From sequence record DRR723986_4006: a DNA stretch of 64,000 nucleotides; one strand, given 5' to 3'. The translations under genes and the position numbers were made by a program. Every line of letters starts with the position of its first letter. Positions within the stretch are counted from its first letter, which is position 1. This document shows, in pieces, positions 48,214 through 57,825 of the stretch. Below the pieces are notes generated by a model. That model had not been told where the DNA came from and searched no databases. It saw only the letters and a list, made by a program, of their open reading frames with translations.

Positions 48214-48274
48214 AACTAAAATATTAGTTTAAACTAAAATATTAGTTATATTTGTTATAACTAAAAAGTTAGTT
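48214..48274. promoter_or_regulatory. Triple BlaI-type operator surrounding the blaI promoter
   Basis: AACTAA-N4-TTAGTT palindromes at 48214, 48232 and 48259; -7 box TATATTTG at 48247-48254. Confidence 0.8.
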
Positions 48275-48276
48275 CA

Positions 48277-48636
48277 ATGAAACAGTTAACAAAAGCAGAA
48301 GAAGAAATAATGCAGGCACTATGGCAATTAAAAAAGGCCAATGTTAAGTCTGTTATAGAAGTTTTACCAGAGCCTAAGCCTGCGTATAACACGGTTTCTA
48401 CAATAATAAGAATATTAGAATCAAAGGGATTTGTAGATTACGAAAAACAAGGCAAAGGTCATATCTATTTTCCGGTTGTGGCAAAAGAATCCTACAGTAA
48501 TCAATCGATAAATAAATTAGTAGACAATTATTTTCAAGGTTCTTTCAAAAGTATGGTTTCCTTTTTTGTGCAAAAAAATGATGTAGACGTTAAGGATATT
48601 GAAGGATTATTAAAGGGGATTGATAAAAACAAGTAA
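48277..48636 (+). CDS. BlaI/MecI/CopY family repressor
   Basis: LTKAEEEIMQALW, AYNTVSTIIRILESKG, YFQGS. Confidence 0.93.
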   Translation: MKQLTKAEEEIMQALWQLKKANVKSVIEVLPEPKPAYNTVSTIIRILESKGFVDYEKQGKGHIYFPVVAKESYSNQSINKLVDNYFQGSFKSMVSFFVQKNDVDVKDIEGLLKGIDKNK

Positions 48637-48638
48637 TT

Positions 48639-48812
48639 ATGCTTTATAACATTTTACAAATAGTTGCATTTCAGGCTTTGTTTTTATTGGTCTATGATTT
48701 ACTTCTCAGAAAAGAGACTTTCTTTAATTACAATCGAGCATATTTGCTGGTTACTTCAATGCTTTCAATAGCTTTGCCGTTTATAAAGTTTCCAGAATTA
48801 CAATCCATATAA
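48639..48812 (+). pseudogene. N-terminal fragment of an M56 (BlaR1-like) peptidase
   Basis: MLYNILQIVAFQALFLLVYDLLLRKETFFNYNRAYLLVTSMLSIALPFIKFPELQSI*; resembles the start of the intact M56 at 63739 and has no HExxH. Confidence 0.8.
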
Positions 48813-49194
48813 TGCAGATGCCATATTTGTAATTGGAAGTTATTATGAGCGTTTAAGTAATTTTGAAAAAGCAGAAGAATATTATAAAAAATCACTCTTA
48901 CTTAAAGACTTATCCTTGTCTCATGAATATTTACAATTAGGACGTGTTTTAAACAGGCAAAAAAAATATAAAGAGGCTATTGAAGCTTTTCAGAAGGCAT
49001 TAAAAGAAGATCCAACAGACGTTATGATTGAGTTTTTCTTAATAAGAACAAAAGATGAATATTATGCTGATGTAGATACAAAAATTAAACTTTATGAAGC
49101 ATTTGTTGAGAAACATAAAAACATACCATTTATTGCTTTTGCAAAAGACCGTTTAGAAAAGCTGAAGCAAGAAAAGTTTTTGGAACAGGATTAA
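48802..49194 (+). pseudogene. C-terminal fragment of a TPR protein
   Basis: The frame is open from 48787 without an ATG: NPYNADAIFVIGSYYERLSNFEKAEEYYKKS...YLQLGRV...YKEAIEAFQKAL (TPRs). Confidence 0.7.
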
Positions 49195-49235
49195 AATCTA
49201 AAAATATTGTACTTTTCGGTATCAGAAATGTGCTA

Positions 49236-49712
49236 ATGAAACCAGTTGCTCTAATTTTAATTTTACTATTTGTATCATCTTGTAGTTATTTTGAAAAGCA
49301 AAAAGTGCATTCTGAGGATTTGCTCGAAGAGGAACTAAAGACCTTCAATTGGAACGAGGTAGATACTTATCCAACATTTAGTAGTTGTGATTCTATAATG
49401 ATAAAGGAAGATAGTAAACTGTGCTTTCAAAACACATTAGTAGAAAGCGTCAATAGATTTCTTGAAAACCAAAATTTAGTTGTTGCAGGTGATGTAAATG
49501 ACACTATAAAATTAAGACTCATAATTGATAAAAAGGGTGAACTTGAGATTGATCAAATAGACCTAAATCCTGAAACAGAATATCAAATACCTGAAATTGA
49601 CAGTTTACTACGACAAAGTCTTAACGAAATTCCAAAAATTTATCCTGCTATAAAACGCGGCCAACAGGTCACTACGGTTTTTGAGCTACCAGTTATTGTA
49701 CAAATACATTAA
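49236..49712 (+). CDS. Lipoprotein with TonB_C-like fold
   Basis: Lipobox VSSC; VDTYPTF..C...CF, IDKKG, PAIKRGQQV...FELPV. Confidence 0.7.
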   Translation: MKPVALILILLFVSSCSYFEKQKVHSEDLLEEELKTFNWNEVDTYPTFSSCDSIMIKEDSKLCFQNTLVESVNRFLENQNLVVAGDVNDTIKLRLIIDKKGELEIDQIDLNPETEYQIPEIDSLLRQSLNEIPKIYPAIKRGQQVTTVFELPVIVQIH

Positions 49713-50446
49713 AATCTTATTGCTAGTTTTTGCATTAAACGTAGCACTTCTACATATAACCAAATCAGTGTTGCTAAAAGTCCCCAAGTAGCAATCCACT
49801 CCTTATATTTTGGCGCTTTGTTTTTATAGCGCTCTATGTAGTCAAAATCTAATAATAATGCAAAAGAAGCGACCATAGCAGCTAAAACATTAAAGGCAAT
49901 TGCAAACCATGATGTTCCCCATAAATAGGGTTTAATACCAAAAAAGCTTAAAATCCATGAGATGATATAGACAACCATAATACTTATTGTAGCTGTGATT
50001 ATAACACTTCTAAGTTTTTTGGTAACAACAATTATTCGTAATTGGTAGAGTATTAGCATTACAAAAAAGGTTACAATGGTTACACCAATGGCCTGAAACG
50101 GAAGTTCTGGAAAATGACGATGCGCATAGGCAGAGAACCCACCTAAGAAAAACCCTTTGGCGACCATGTAGAATGGTACTAAAAAATGTGCCCAGTTTTG
50201 CCTAATTGAGATTAAAACACTTACAACAGCCGCTCCTAGCATACCGCCTAATGTGTACCAACGCATTGGCATTCCATTTTCATTCAGCTTCCATAAATAG
50301 CCAGTAATTGCTGCGATTATTAAAATTCCAAATACAGATTTAAAGAAAATGCCAGCTACAGTCATGGTTTTAGATGAAGACTTTTCATCTTCCCAGAAAT
50401 AACCATTAAAAACCGGATTTGAGGTTTTAAAATTTCGTAAACTCAT
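49709..50446 (-). CDS. Bax inhibitor-1/YccA family membrane protein
   Basis: TSNPVF, MTVAG, LLLDFDYIE, TLIWLYVEVLRL; about seven TM helices. Confidence 0.85.
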   Translation of the reverse strand: MSLRNFKTSNPVFNGYFWEDEKSSSKTMTVAGIFFKSVFGILIIAAITGYLWKLNENGMPMRWYTLGGMLGAAVVSVLISIRQNWAHFLVPFYMVAKGFFLGGFSAYAHRHFPELPFQAIGVTIVTFFVMLILYQLRIIVVTKKLRSVIITATISIMVVYIISWILSFFGIKPYLWGTSWFAIAFNVLAAMVASFALLLDFDYIERYKNKAPKYKEWIATWGLLATLIWLYVEVLRLMQKLAIRF

Positions 50447-51309
50447 TAAAGATTAAATTTATAACCAATCGCAATATCGGTTGAGAAGTTACCTTGGTTA
50501 TCTAAAAATGCTGCGAATAATTCTCCGTAAATAATTGTAATAAAGCTATTGTCACTTACTCTAATATCTGAACCAATTCCAAAAATAAATGGAACATCAA
50601 ATGATGTATCATCTAACTTTAATTCTGTATCATCTTCATTAATTACAGTGACATTGCTCAAATTTAAGGTGGCAAGTTTTACTTGAGCATAAAGAGAAAA
50701 GGCAGATTTATTAATAACTCTAAATCTGTACCCTAATGAGAATTCTGTTGTACTATAAGGGAAATCATCACTATCAAAGGCATGTCTAGCCTGTAAAAAC
50801 CCTGAGTGTCTGGGTAGACTATTTGCTTCGTAAATTTCTAATTCAGCACCAATTAATGGTGTTTTGGTATTTTCAGGATTACCAACAAATGGATTGTTTG
50901 TTATTCCGCCAGAAAAGCCTAATCGCAATCCTACCTTACTTTTTGTGGAGTTAGTGGTGTAATTAGAGTCTTGGGTAGAATTATAGTTGTCTAAATATTC
51001 CCTTAAGCTGTAAAGCGTTAGTTTCATCTTATTGGCAGATATTCCACCAGTTAAATTACTCAATGTAGATTTGTATTCTTCTAGGTATTTTTTGGTGTCG
51101 TCTTTAGTATTTTTTAATTCTGTAATGGTGCCATTATCAGTCCTTACAAAATATCTATATTGTCCATCAATAATATTCCACAAGAGATCTAATTTTCCTT
51201 CAACTTCAGTTTTAAGTTCCAGAGTTTCACCATTTACAGTGTAAGTATTCTGGGCATATGCGTACTGAAGTGAAATGCAAAAAAGGGCAATGAATAATAT
51301 CTTCTTCAT
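50446..51309 (-). CDS. Hypothetical exported protein with probable C-terminal beta-barrel
   Basis: Signal peptide AYA|Q; terminal strand IAIGYKF. Confidence 0.7.
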   Translation of the reverse strand: MKKILFIALFCISLQYAYAQNTYTVNGETLELKTEVEGKLDLLWNIIDGQYRYFVRTDNGTITELKNTKDDTKKYLEEYKSTLSNLTGGISANKMKLTLYSLREYLDNYNSTQDSNYTTNSTKSKVGLRLGFSGGITNNPFVGNPENTKTPLIGAELEIYEANSLPRHSGFLQARHAFDSDDFPYSTTEFSLGYRFRVINKSAFSLYAQVKLATLNLSNVTVINEDDTELKLDDTSFDVPFIFGIGSDIRVSDNSFITIIYGELFAAFLDNQGNFSTDIAIGYKFNL

Positions 51310-51360
51310 AATATCTAAGTACTAGTTTTAGTAAAGCTACCAAAAATATTCAATATGGAA

Positions 51361-52488
51361 TTATTTTTTAAAGGTTCTGCCTTTCCACTTGTATGGTTTA
51401 ATAATGGAGAATAGTGCTATAAAAACATTGAAAAAAGGATAAACAATACTTGATAATATATAAGAAGCAAGAATTGAATCTTGCTTATAAAAACGCGCTG
51501 TTTTAAATAGGAGTAAAAAGTTAATGCTAAATTTTAATACAATGAGTGCAACAGCAATTTTTATTGAAATAAGCTTGAAGATAATAAATGGCACTAATAG
51601 AATACTCAAAAGGTTTCCGAGGAAAATAACAACTCCAATTATCTTAGCGAACCAATTATTATAACTACTAGTTTTTGAAGCCCAACGTATGCGCTGCTCA
51701 AAAAGTTCATTTATGGTTCTAACAGGTTGGGTTCTTACAATTGCTTTTTGAGATTTTAGATATCTCACGTTATTCGTTTTTACAAATTTTTCTAGTAAGA
51801 AGATGTCATCACCACTGGCAATATAAGTATTGCCCTCAAAACCATTTACCGAATTAAATACTGATTTTTTGTATGCGAAATTTGCTCCGTTACACATAAA
51901 CGGTTTATTAATACCAAAGCCACCAATAGTTGCACCTTGTAAACTTAAAAAGTCAAGAGCTTGAAACCGTGCATTAAATGAAGCTGTGCCATGATAGGTA
52001 ACGGGAGCGACTATTGCATCAGGATATTGAGTTAAAATAAATTCATTTAAGGCATCTAACCAGTATGTGCTAAATATGCAGTCTGCATCTGTAGTAACAA
52101 TCCATTTATATTTAGCGATTTTTATCGCTGAGGTTATAGCATTTTTTTTTGGTGAACTCGAAGAATTGGTGCTATTTATAAGGTTTAGATCTAAAGACTC
52201 TTTTGCTTTTTTGATGAAATTATTAATAATACTTATAGAGTCATCTTCAGAATTGTCATCCACTAAAATAACCTCAAACTTATTTCTTGGGTAATTGAGA
52301 GAATTTAAAGAGATTAAAAGTTGTTCTAAATGTTTTGATTCATTTCTAAAAGGAATAATTATCGAGAACTTTGAATCAGATTTTAAATCTTGTAAATAAT
52401 AATCATCAACATTATCAAATCCATAAATTAACAGCCCAATCAGGGCTACATATATTATAATAATGATTATTGAAATTGTAGAAATCAT
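51361..52488 (-). CDS. GT2 family glycosyltransferase
   Basis: IIPFRNE, DDNSED, TDADC, SGDD, QRIRW. Confidence 0.9.
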   Translation of the reverse strand: MISTISIIIIIIYVALIGLLIYGFDNVDDYYLQDLKSDSKFSIIIPFRNESKHLEQLLISLNSLNYPRNKFEVILVDDNSEDDSISIINNFIKKAKESLDLNLINSTNSSSSPKKNAITSAIKIAKYKWIVTTDADCIFSTYWLDALNEFILTQYPDAIVAPVTYHGTASFNARFQALDFLSLQGATIGGFGINKPFMCNGANFAYKKSVFNSVNGFEGNTYIASGDDIFLLEKFVKTNNVRYLKSQKAIVRTQPVRTINELFEQRIRWASKTSSYNNWFAKIIGVVIFLGNLLSILLVPFIIFKLISIKIAVALIVLKFSINFLLLFKTARFYKQDSILASYILSSIVYPFFNVFIALFSIIKPYKWKGRTFKK

Positions 52489-53456
52489 TATTCAGAGGAA
52501 TTTGGGAGTTTAAAATTTAGCACAAAATAACTTCCAAACAAACTTGGTATCACAAAGTTAAGTAGCCACATAATGGTTGTAACAGAAAGAATTTTAAGCT
52601 CGTTAACCTGAACGTAACCAAACAAAAATACTGCTACACTACCTTTAATAACCACATCAAAAATTGATATAGAAGGTACTACGGAAGCTAAAAAATACAT
52701 ACTTGTTATTACCACCATGGCTTTAGAATATTCTACCTCCGCGCCGAAAATAGTGAGTAAATAATAAAATTGAAACGAAAAAATTAGATATCTAACTAAT
52801 GATAAAAGCAAATTGATAACATGAAATTTTCCGCCTAATTTTTTAATGTAGTTAAATACGCGGTCAAACGTGAATCCTTTGATTTTAAAACGATTTTGTT
52901 TAACCCCAAAAACTGTAAAAAGACTAATAATAAATAGGATAAAAACAAATTTTAAAACCTTATAATAATTTACATCTATTTGATATCTGTTTACAAAAAT
53001 GACAAACCCTATAACACCACATACAGTTGTTATGGTCATTTGAGCCATGTTTCCTAACAGGTTTAATAAAATGATTTTAGTTCTTAAGTATTTTGAGTAG
53101 TAAACAGCTTTAGCACCATAATCGCCAATTCTATTTGGTGTAATTAATGAGGCTGTTAAGCCTCCTAAACTTTGTTCTAAAGCATTTTTAAATGAAATTA
53201 TCTTAACATTACTAACAAGATTTTTCCATTTTAGAATTTCAAAAAACCAATTAAAAATGGTCAAAATGAGTAAAAAAGTGATGTTTTTAGTTGAAAATGT
53301 GTCGTTTTCGTGCAAAAAAGTAATAAATTCACTCAATTGTAGATTTTCATTTTCTGATAATCTGGTATATATGAAATAAAATGCACCAACTACAATACTC
53401 AATTTAATAAGTACAAAGAAGAATTGCTTAGTTTTGTAAGGCACATTATAATGCAT
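52488..53456 (-). CDS. Lysylphosphatidylglycerol synthase TM-domain (flippase-like) protein
   Basis: Multiple TM helices, E..KW and TPNRIGDY motifs. Confidence 0.75.
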   Translation of the reverse strand: MHYNVPYKTKQFFFVLIKLSIVVGAFYFIYTRLSENENLQLSEFITFLHENDTFSTKNITFLLILTIFNWFFEILKWKNLVSNVKIISFKNALEQSLGGLTASLITPNRIGDYGAKAVYYSKYLRTKIILLNLLGNMAQMTITTVCGVIGFVIFVNRYQIDVNYYKVLKFVFILFIISLFTVFGVKQNRFKIKGFTFDRVFNYIKKLGGKFHVINLLLSLVRYLIFSFQFYYLLTIFGAEVEYSKAMVVITSMYFLASVVPSISIFDVVIKGSVAVFLFGYVQVNELKILSVTTIMWLLNFVIPSLFGSYFVLNFKLPNSSE

Positions 53457-53483
53457 GGTACAAATTAAATCAAAAACTCATAG

Positions 53484-54122
53484 ATGCAGCAAAATTTAAA
53501 ACATTACCTTCTATTTTTTATCACTGTTTTTGTAACAATTAATAGTTATGGTCAATTTAAGGATACTGCTAAATGGAAGGCGCTTTTCGCGGTAGGTTTT
53601 AACTATCCTGATGCAGATGGATTTATAGATGGAGCCTATGCTCAGTCTGCTAATTTTCCAACAGTGAACTTGGGGATTCAGCATATGTTTAAGAAAGAAA
53701 TGGGAGTTAAACTAGATTTTGGGTTTAATAGAGCTAAAAGTGGCGATGATGTGCCCGACTTTAAGATTAATTATTCACGTATAAATGCGCAATTTGTATA
53801 TGACCCTTCCGATTTTATAGGATTTCTGCCCAATAGATTACGAACAGTTTTACACGCTGGTCCTGGTTATACCTTTGTTAAACCCTTGGGTAATTTAGGA
53901 GGTAACAAACAATCGTATTTAAACTTATTAGGTGGTTTAGAGATTCATTACGCTATCGCAGAAAAAGTGTCAGTATATGCTGATGCAGCATACATTTATG
54001 GCTTAACATCATTAGATGATTATGACCCAGTGTTAGATGGTTTAGGTGCATTTAACGGCAATATGTTTAATATAACCATTGGTTTAGCAGTGTCTTTAAG
54101 TGGTTGTCAGTTTTGTGATTAG
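53484..54122 (+). CDS. Outer-membrane beta-barrel protein
   Basis: Signal peptide SYG|Q, amphipathic strands, C-terminal SLSGCQFCD. Confidence 0.7.
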   Translation: MQQNLKHYLLFFITVFVTINSYGQFKDTAKWKALFAVGFNYPDADGFIDGAYAQSANFPTVNLGIQHMFKKEMGVKLDFGFNRAKSGDDVPDFKINYSRINAQFVYDPSDFIGFLPNRLRTVLHAGPGYTFVKPLGNLGGNKQSYLNLLGGLEIHYAIAEKVSVYADAAYIYGLTSLDDYDPVLDGLGAFNGNMFNITIGLAVSLSGCQFCD

Positions 54123-54125
54123 TAG

Positions 54126-54680
54126 ATGAGTGAAGAGAAAATTATATTAGGAATTGATCCAGGAACAACAATTATGGGATTTGGTCTCATTAAAGTGGTT
54201 GGTAAGAAAATGCAGTTTATGCAACTGAATGAGTTGCAGCTTAAAAAGTACGACGATCATTACTTAAAATTGAAACTTATTTTTGAGCGCACAGTAGAAC
54301 TTATTGATAGCTATCATCCTGATGAAATTGCGATTGAAGCACCATTTTTTGGTAAAAATGTACAAAGTATGCTTAAGCTTGGTAGAGCACAAGGTGTAGC
54401 CATGGCAGCAGGTTTGTCGCGAGAAGTACCAATTACAGAATATTCGCCAAAGAAAATTAAAATGGCAATTACAGGTAACGGAAATGCCAGTAAAGAACAA
54501 GTAGCCAAAATGCTTCAAAGTTTATTACAGCTTAAGGAATTACCAAAAAACCTCGATTCTACAGATGGGTTGGCAGCTGCGGTTTGTCATTTTTACAATC
54601 AAGGTAGAGTACAGGTTGGGAAAAGTTATTCTGGTTGGTCTGCTTTTGTGAAGCAGAATGAAGGCAGAGTAAAGAAATAG
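54126..54680 (+). CDS. ruvC: Holliday junction resolvase RuvC
   Basis: ILGIDPG, AIE, GNASKEQV, DSTDGLA. Confidence 0.96.
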   Translation: MSEEKIILGIDPGTTIMGFGLIKVVGKKMQFMQLNELQLKKYDDHYLKLKLIFERTVELIDSYHPDEIAIEAPFFGKNVQSMLKLGRAQGVAMAAGLSREVPITEYSPKKIKMAITGNGNASKEQVAKMLQSLLQLKELPKNLDSTDGLAAAVCHFYNQGRVQVGKSYSGWSAFVKQNEGRVKK

Positions 54681-54681
54681 A

Positions 54682-55815
54682 ATGGCTGGCATCTATATCC
54701 ATATTCCCTTTTGCAAACAAGCATGTTATTATTGCGATTTTCATTTTTCAACGTCACTAAAAAAGAAAGACGAACTTATTAGTGCCTTAGTCAAAGAAAT
54801 TGAACTCCGTAAAGATGAATTTAGAGATACAACTGTTGAAACCATTTATTTTGGAGGCGGCACACCTAGTTTGATATCTAATGAAGAACTACAGCTTATA
54901 ATTGATGCGGTTTATGCTCATTATAGCGTTAGTAAAGATTCTGAAATCACTTTAGAAGCAAATCCAGATGATTTGTCAAAAGATCGAATTTTGAAATTAT
55001 CTAAAAGCCCAATCAATCGTTTATCTATTGGTATACAGTCCTTTTTTGAGACAGACTTAAAACTTATGAATCGTGCTCATAATGCTGAGGAAGCTAAGAC
55101 CTGTTTAGAAGAAGCTACAAAGCATTTCGACAATATTTCCTTGGACTTAATTTATGGAATCCCAGGAGCATCGAATGAGCAATGGATAAAGAATTTAGAA
55201 ATTGCATTAAGTTATAATATACCACATATTTCTAGTTATGCTTTAACAGTAGAACCAAAAACAGCATTGGCATCTTTTATTGAGAAAGGAATTATTGAGA
55301 ATGTAGATGATGAAAAAGCTCATGAGCAGTTTCATCTGTTGAAAGATACTCTTGAAAATACCGGTTTTATTCATTATGAGCTTTCAAATTTTGGTAAAGA
55401 AGGTTTTTTTAGCAAAAACAATTCTGCTTATTGGCAGGGTAAATCATATATAGGAATTGGCCCATCTGCACACTCTTTTAATGGGAAACAACGTGGTTGG
55501 AATGTAAGAAATAATACCAAATACATAAAGGCGCTTCAACAAGATAATTTACCAATTGAAACCGAAACATTATCTGTTAAGGATCAGTATAATGAGTATG
55601 TGATGACTGGTTTAAGAACCATTTGGGGAGTATCCTTACATAAAGTTGAAGAGGACTTTGGTACCGCTTATAAAAATCACTTAATTGAACAAGCTAATAT
55701 TTTTATAAATCAACATTTATTGTATATTGATGATGAGCATATTCGTGTAACAAAAAAAGGTCAATTTTTAAGCGATGGTATTGCATCAGATTTATTTTTG
55801 CTTAATGTGATTTAA
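54682..55815 (+). CDS. hemW: Radical SAM heme chaperone HemW
   Basis: YIHIPFCKQACYYCDF, GGGTPS, YELSNF, N..YW. Confidence 0.9.
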   Translation: MAGIYIHIPFCKQACYYCDFHFSTSLKKKDELISALVKEIELRKDEFRDTTVETIYFGGGTPSLISNEELQLIIDAVYAHYSVSKDSEITLEANPDDLSKDRILKLSKSPINRLSIGIQSFFETDLKLMNRAHNAEEAKTCLEEATKHFDNISLDLIYGIPGASNEQWIKNLEIALSYNIPHISSYALTVEPKTALASFIEKGIIENVDDEKAHEQFHLLKDTLENTGFIHYELSNFGKEGFFSKNNSAYWQGKSYIGIGPSAHSFNGKQRGWNVRNNTKYIKALQQDNLPIETETLSVKDQYNEYVMTGLRTIWGVSLHKVEEDFGTAYKNHLIEQANIFINQHLLYIDDEHIRVTKKGQFLSDGIASDLFLLNVI

Positions 55816-55986
55816 TATTACAATGCAAAAAATAATTAAAAGAATAAGATTTACAGGCAAGCTAATAAATATAAAAACCATTAAATCCCATGGTCCGTTT
55901 TCTTGAAGCAACCATAAGGAAACTAGTGTTACAGATATTTATAATACAGTAAGAATTTTAAAACTGAACTTTTCAAATAATTTCAT
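55792..55986 (-). pseudogene. Possible decayed small two-TM membrane protein gene
   Basis: MKLFEKFSFKILTVL*ISVTLVSLWLLQENGPWDLMVFIFISLPVNLILLIIFCIVILNHIKQK*, one internal TAA at 55939-55941. Confidence 0.3.
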
Positions 55987-56018
55987 TCATATAAAATTAA
56001 AAGAATTAATAAGATTTT

Positions 56019-56768
56019 ATGTTAACCATTATCCAATACAATTCTAAAAAATTAAAAATAGATCTGTCTCAACCATTAGATATATCAATACCAATTAAGG
56101 ATGATTCGTCTAATGTTAATGCGTGGTATATTGGTCCGCCAAAAATTGCACCAGAAGTTTTTGATGATAAAACCATAAGTGTAGAGAAAGGTGCAGCGGT
56201 AAATTTCAATACTATAACTTTTAATCCGCATTCGCATGGTACCCATACTGAAACGGTTGGGCATATTACTAAAGAGAACTATTCGATTAATAAATTTTTA
56301 AAAAAATTTTTCTTTTTAGCAGAAGTCATTACTGTAGCGCCAGAGAAGTTTAATGATGATTATGTGATTTCAGCCAAACAATTGCAATTTGCCATAGGAA
56401 ATAAGAAAAGAGAGGCCGTAGTAATAAGGACTATTCCTAATACTAAGGACAAAAAATCGAGACAATACTCTCACACTAATTGGACCTATTTTCAAGAAGA
56501 TGCCATAAAATTATTAGTGAGAAAGGGCATCAAACACTTACTTGTTGATTTGCCAAGCGTAGATAGAGAAGAAGACGGTGGGGAATTAAAGGGACACAAA
56601 GCGTTTTGGGATTTAAATGGTAGAATTAGAAAAGACGCTACTATTACTGAGTTGGTATATGTTTCTAACAAGATTGAAGATGGTTGTTATATGTTAAATC
56701 TTCAGATAGCTCCTTTTGAAAATGATGCTACACCAAGTAAACCAATTTTATACAAGGTATTAGGCTGA
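56019..56768 (+). CDS. Cyclase family (kynurenine formamidase-like) protein
   Basis: HSHGTHTE metal motif, DLPSVD, E...DATPS.P. Confidence 0.88.
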   Translation: MLTIIQYNSKKLKIDLSQPLDISIPIKDDSSNVNAWYIGPPKIAPEVFDDKTISVEKGAAVNFNTITFNPHSHGTHTETVGHITKENYSINKFLKKFFFLAEVITVAPEKFNDDYVISAKQLQFAIGNKKREAVVIRTIPNTKDKKSRQYSHTNWTYFQEDAIKLLVRKGIKHLLVDLPSVDREEDGGELKGHKAFWDLNGRIRKDATITELVYVSNKIEDGCYMLNLQIAPFENDATPSKPILYKVLG

Positions 56769-56770
56769 TA

Positions 56771-56804
56771 TGTTGTGACATAGGAGCTATACCTGTGTCC
56801 TACA
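56771..56804 (-). repeat. REP-like GTAG palindrome
   Basis: Minus strand TGTAG-GACACAGG-TATAGCT-CCTATGTC-ACAACA between co-oriented genes, with no U-tract. Confidence 0.4.
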
Positions 56805-56815
56805 AATAGAATCAT

Positions 56816-57424
56816 ATGGAAACATTTTTTATAATTATTATAAGCATTTTAGTAACCTTAGGTATTGTTACTATTTACAAGCAATGGAAGACAAGACAAA
56901 CTACAAATGCACAATCCTTACTATTATTAGATAAGGTTAAGCGCGTTTGTAAATTTATTACTGTTGAAGGTGATTTTGCTGAAATTTATCATTACGAAGA
57001 CGTCAAAGAAAAATTCTTAAAACTTATTTCTAGTAGGAAAAAGGCACTTGTTGTTATCAATGCCAAAGCGCATGTAGGATTTGATTTAAGTAAGGTGCAA
57101 ATGACCTCAAACCCAAAAACTAAATCGGTAATATTAACTCATTTTCCACAACCTGAAGTTTTGTCTATAGAAAGTAATATCAACTATTACGATAAACAAG
57201 ATGGTATGTTTAATAAGTTTGATGCGTCTGATCTAACCGATTTGCATGAAAAAGCCAAAGAACATATTAGAGAAAAAATTCCTGAGAGTGGTCTGTATAA
57301 TGTGGCTAAGCAAGAAGCTCTTGAGGCAATTCACCTTATTGAAAATTTAGTCCAAACTATTGGCTGGACGCTAGATTATTCAGCTTTAAAAATTGAAGAC
57401 AACGATAAAAAAATGATAGAGTAA
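56816..57424 (+). CDS. DUF4230 domain protein
   Basis: N-terminal TM helix, KKALVVINAKAHVGFDLSK, P.PEVLS. Confidence 0.8.
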   Translation: METFFIIIISILVTLGIVTIYKQWKTRQTTNAQSLLLLDKVKRVCKFITVEGDFAEIYHYEDVKEKFLKLISSRKKALVVINAKAHVGFDLSKVQMTSNPKTKSVILTHFPQPEVLSIESNINYYDKQDGMFNKFDASDLTDLHEKAKEHIREKIPESGLYNVAKQEALEAIHLIENLVQTIGWTLDYSALKIEDNDKKMIE

Positions 57425-57425
57425 T

Positions 57426-57809
57426 ATGAAGTTTGAATACAGTAAAAAAGGTCAAAAACATTACCTATATCTAGGTGTGGTTTGGTTGGTTTTGGGTGTA
57501 TTTCAATTTTTTTTAATGAAAGAACAATGGTGGCTTGGACTTGGCTGGATACTACTGGCACTTCTATCATTTCTAAGTTTTGTGTATAGAAAAAGACAAT
57601 ATTACGTTACAATAAATTCTGAATTTGTAAAACTGAACTGGCCCTATAGTAAGAAAATCAAAATAAATGATATTAAAAGTATTAACTATTTTGCCGAAGA
57701 CTATATAATTAAGTCAGATACAGATGAATTAAGAATTAATACCAACCAGATTGAAGAAGGAGATTTAGAAACCTTAAAAAGTAAATTATTGAATCTCACT
57801 GAAGATTAA
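57426..57809 (+). CDS. Hypothetical two-TM membrane protein
   Basis: Two N-terminal TM helices plus a soluble tail; operon context. Confidence 0.65.
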   Translation: MKFEYSKKGQKHYLYLGVVWLVLGVFQFFLMKEQWWLGLGWILLALLSFLSFVYRKRQYYVTINSEFVKLNWPYSKKIKINDIKSINYFAEDYIIKSDTDELRINTNQIEEGDLETLKSKLLNLTED

Positions 57810-57825
57810 AAATAGGCTAGAGGTA

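Noticed and set aside
47497-48274. CRISPR-like reading of the short direct repeats at 47497/47519 and 48214-48274
   Set aside because: Repeats are 12-16 bp with only 2-11 bp between them, occur in few copies at promoters, and have no cas genes nearby; operators explain them better.
43729-49200. Genomic island or prophage integrated at tRNA-Asp
   Set aside because: No integrase, transposase or duplicated tRNA 3' end (att site) is visible in the window.
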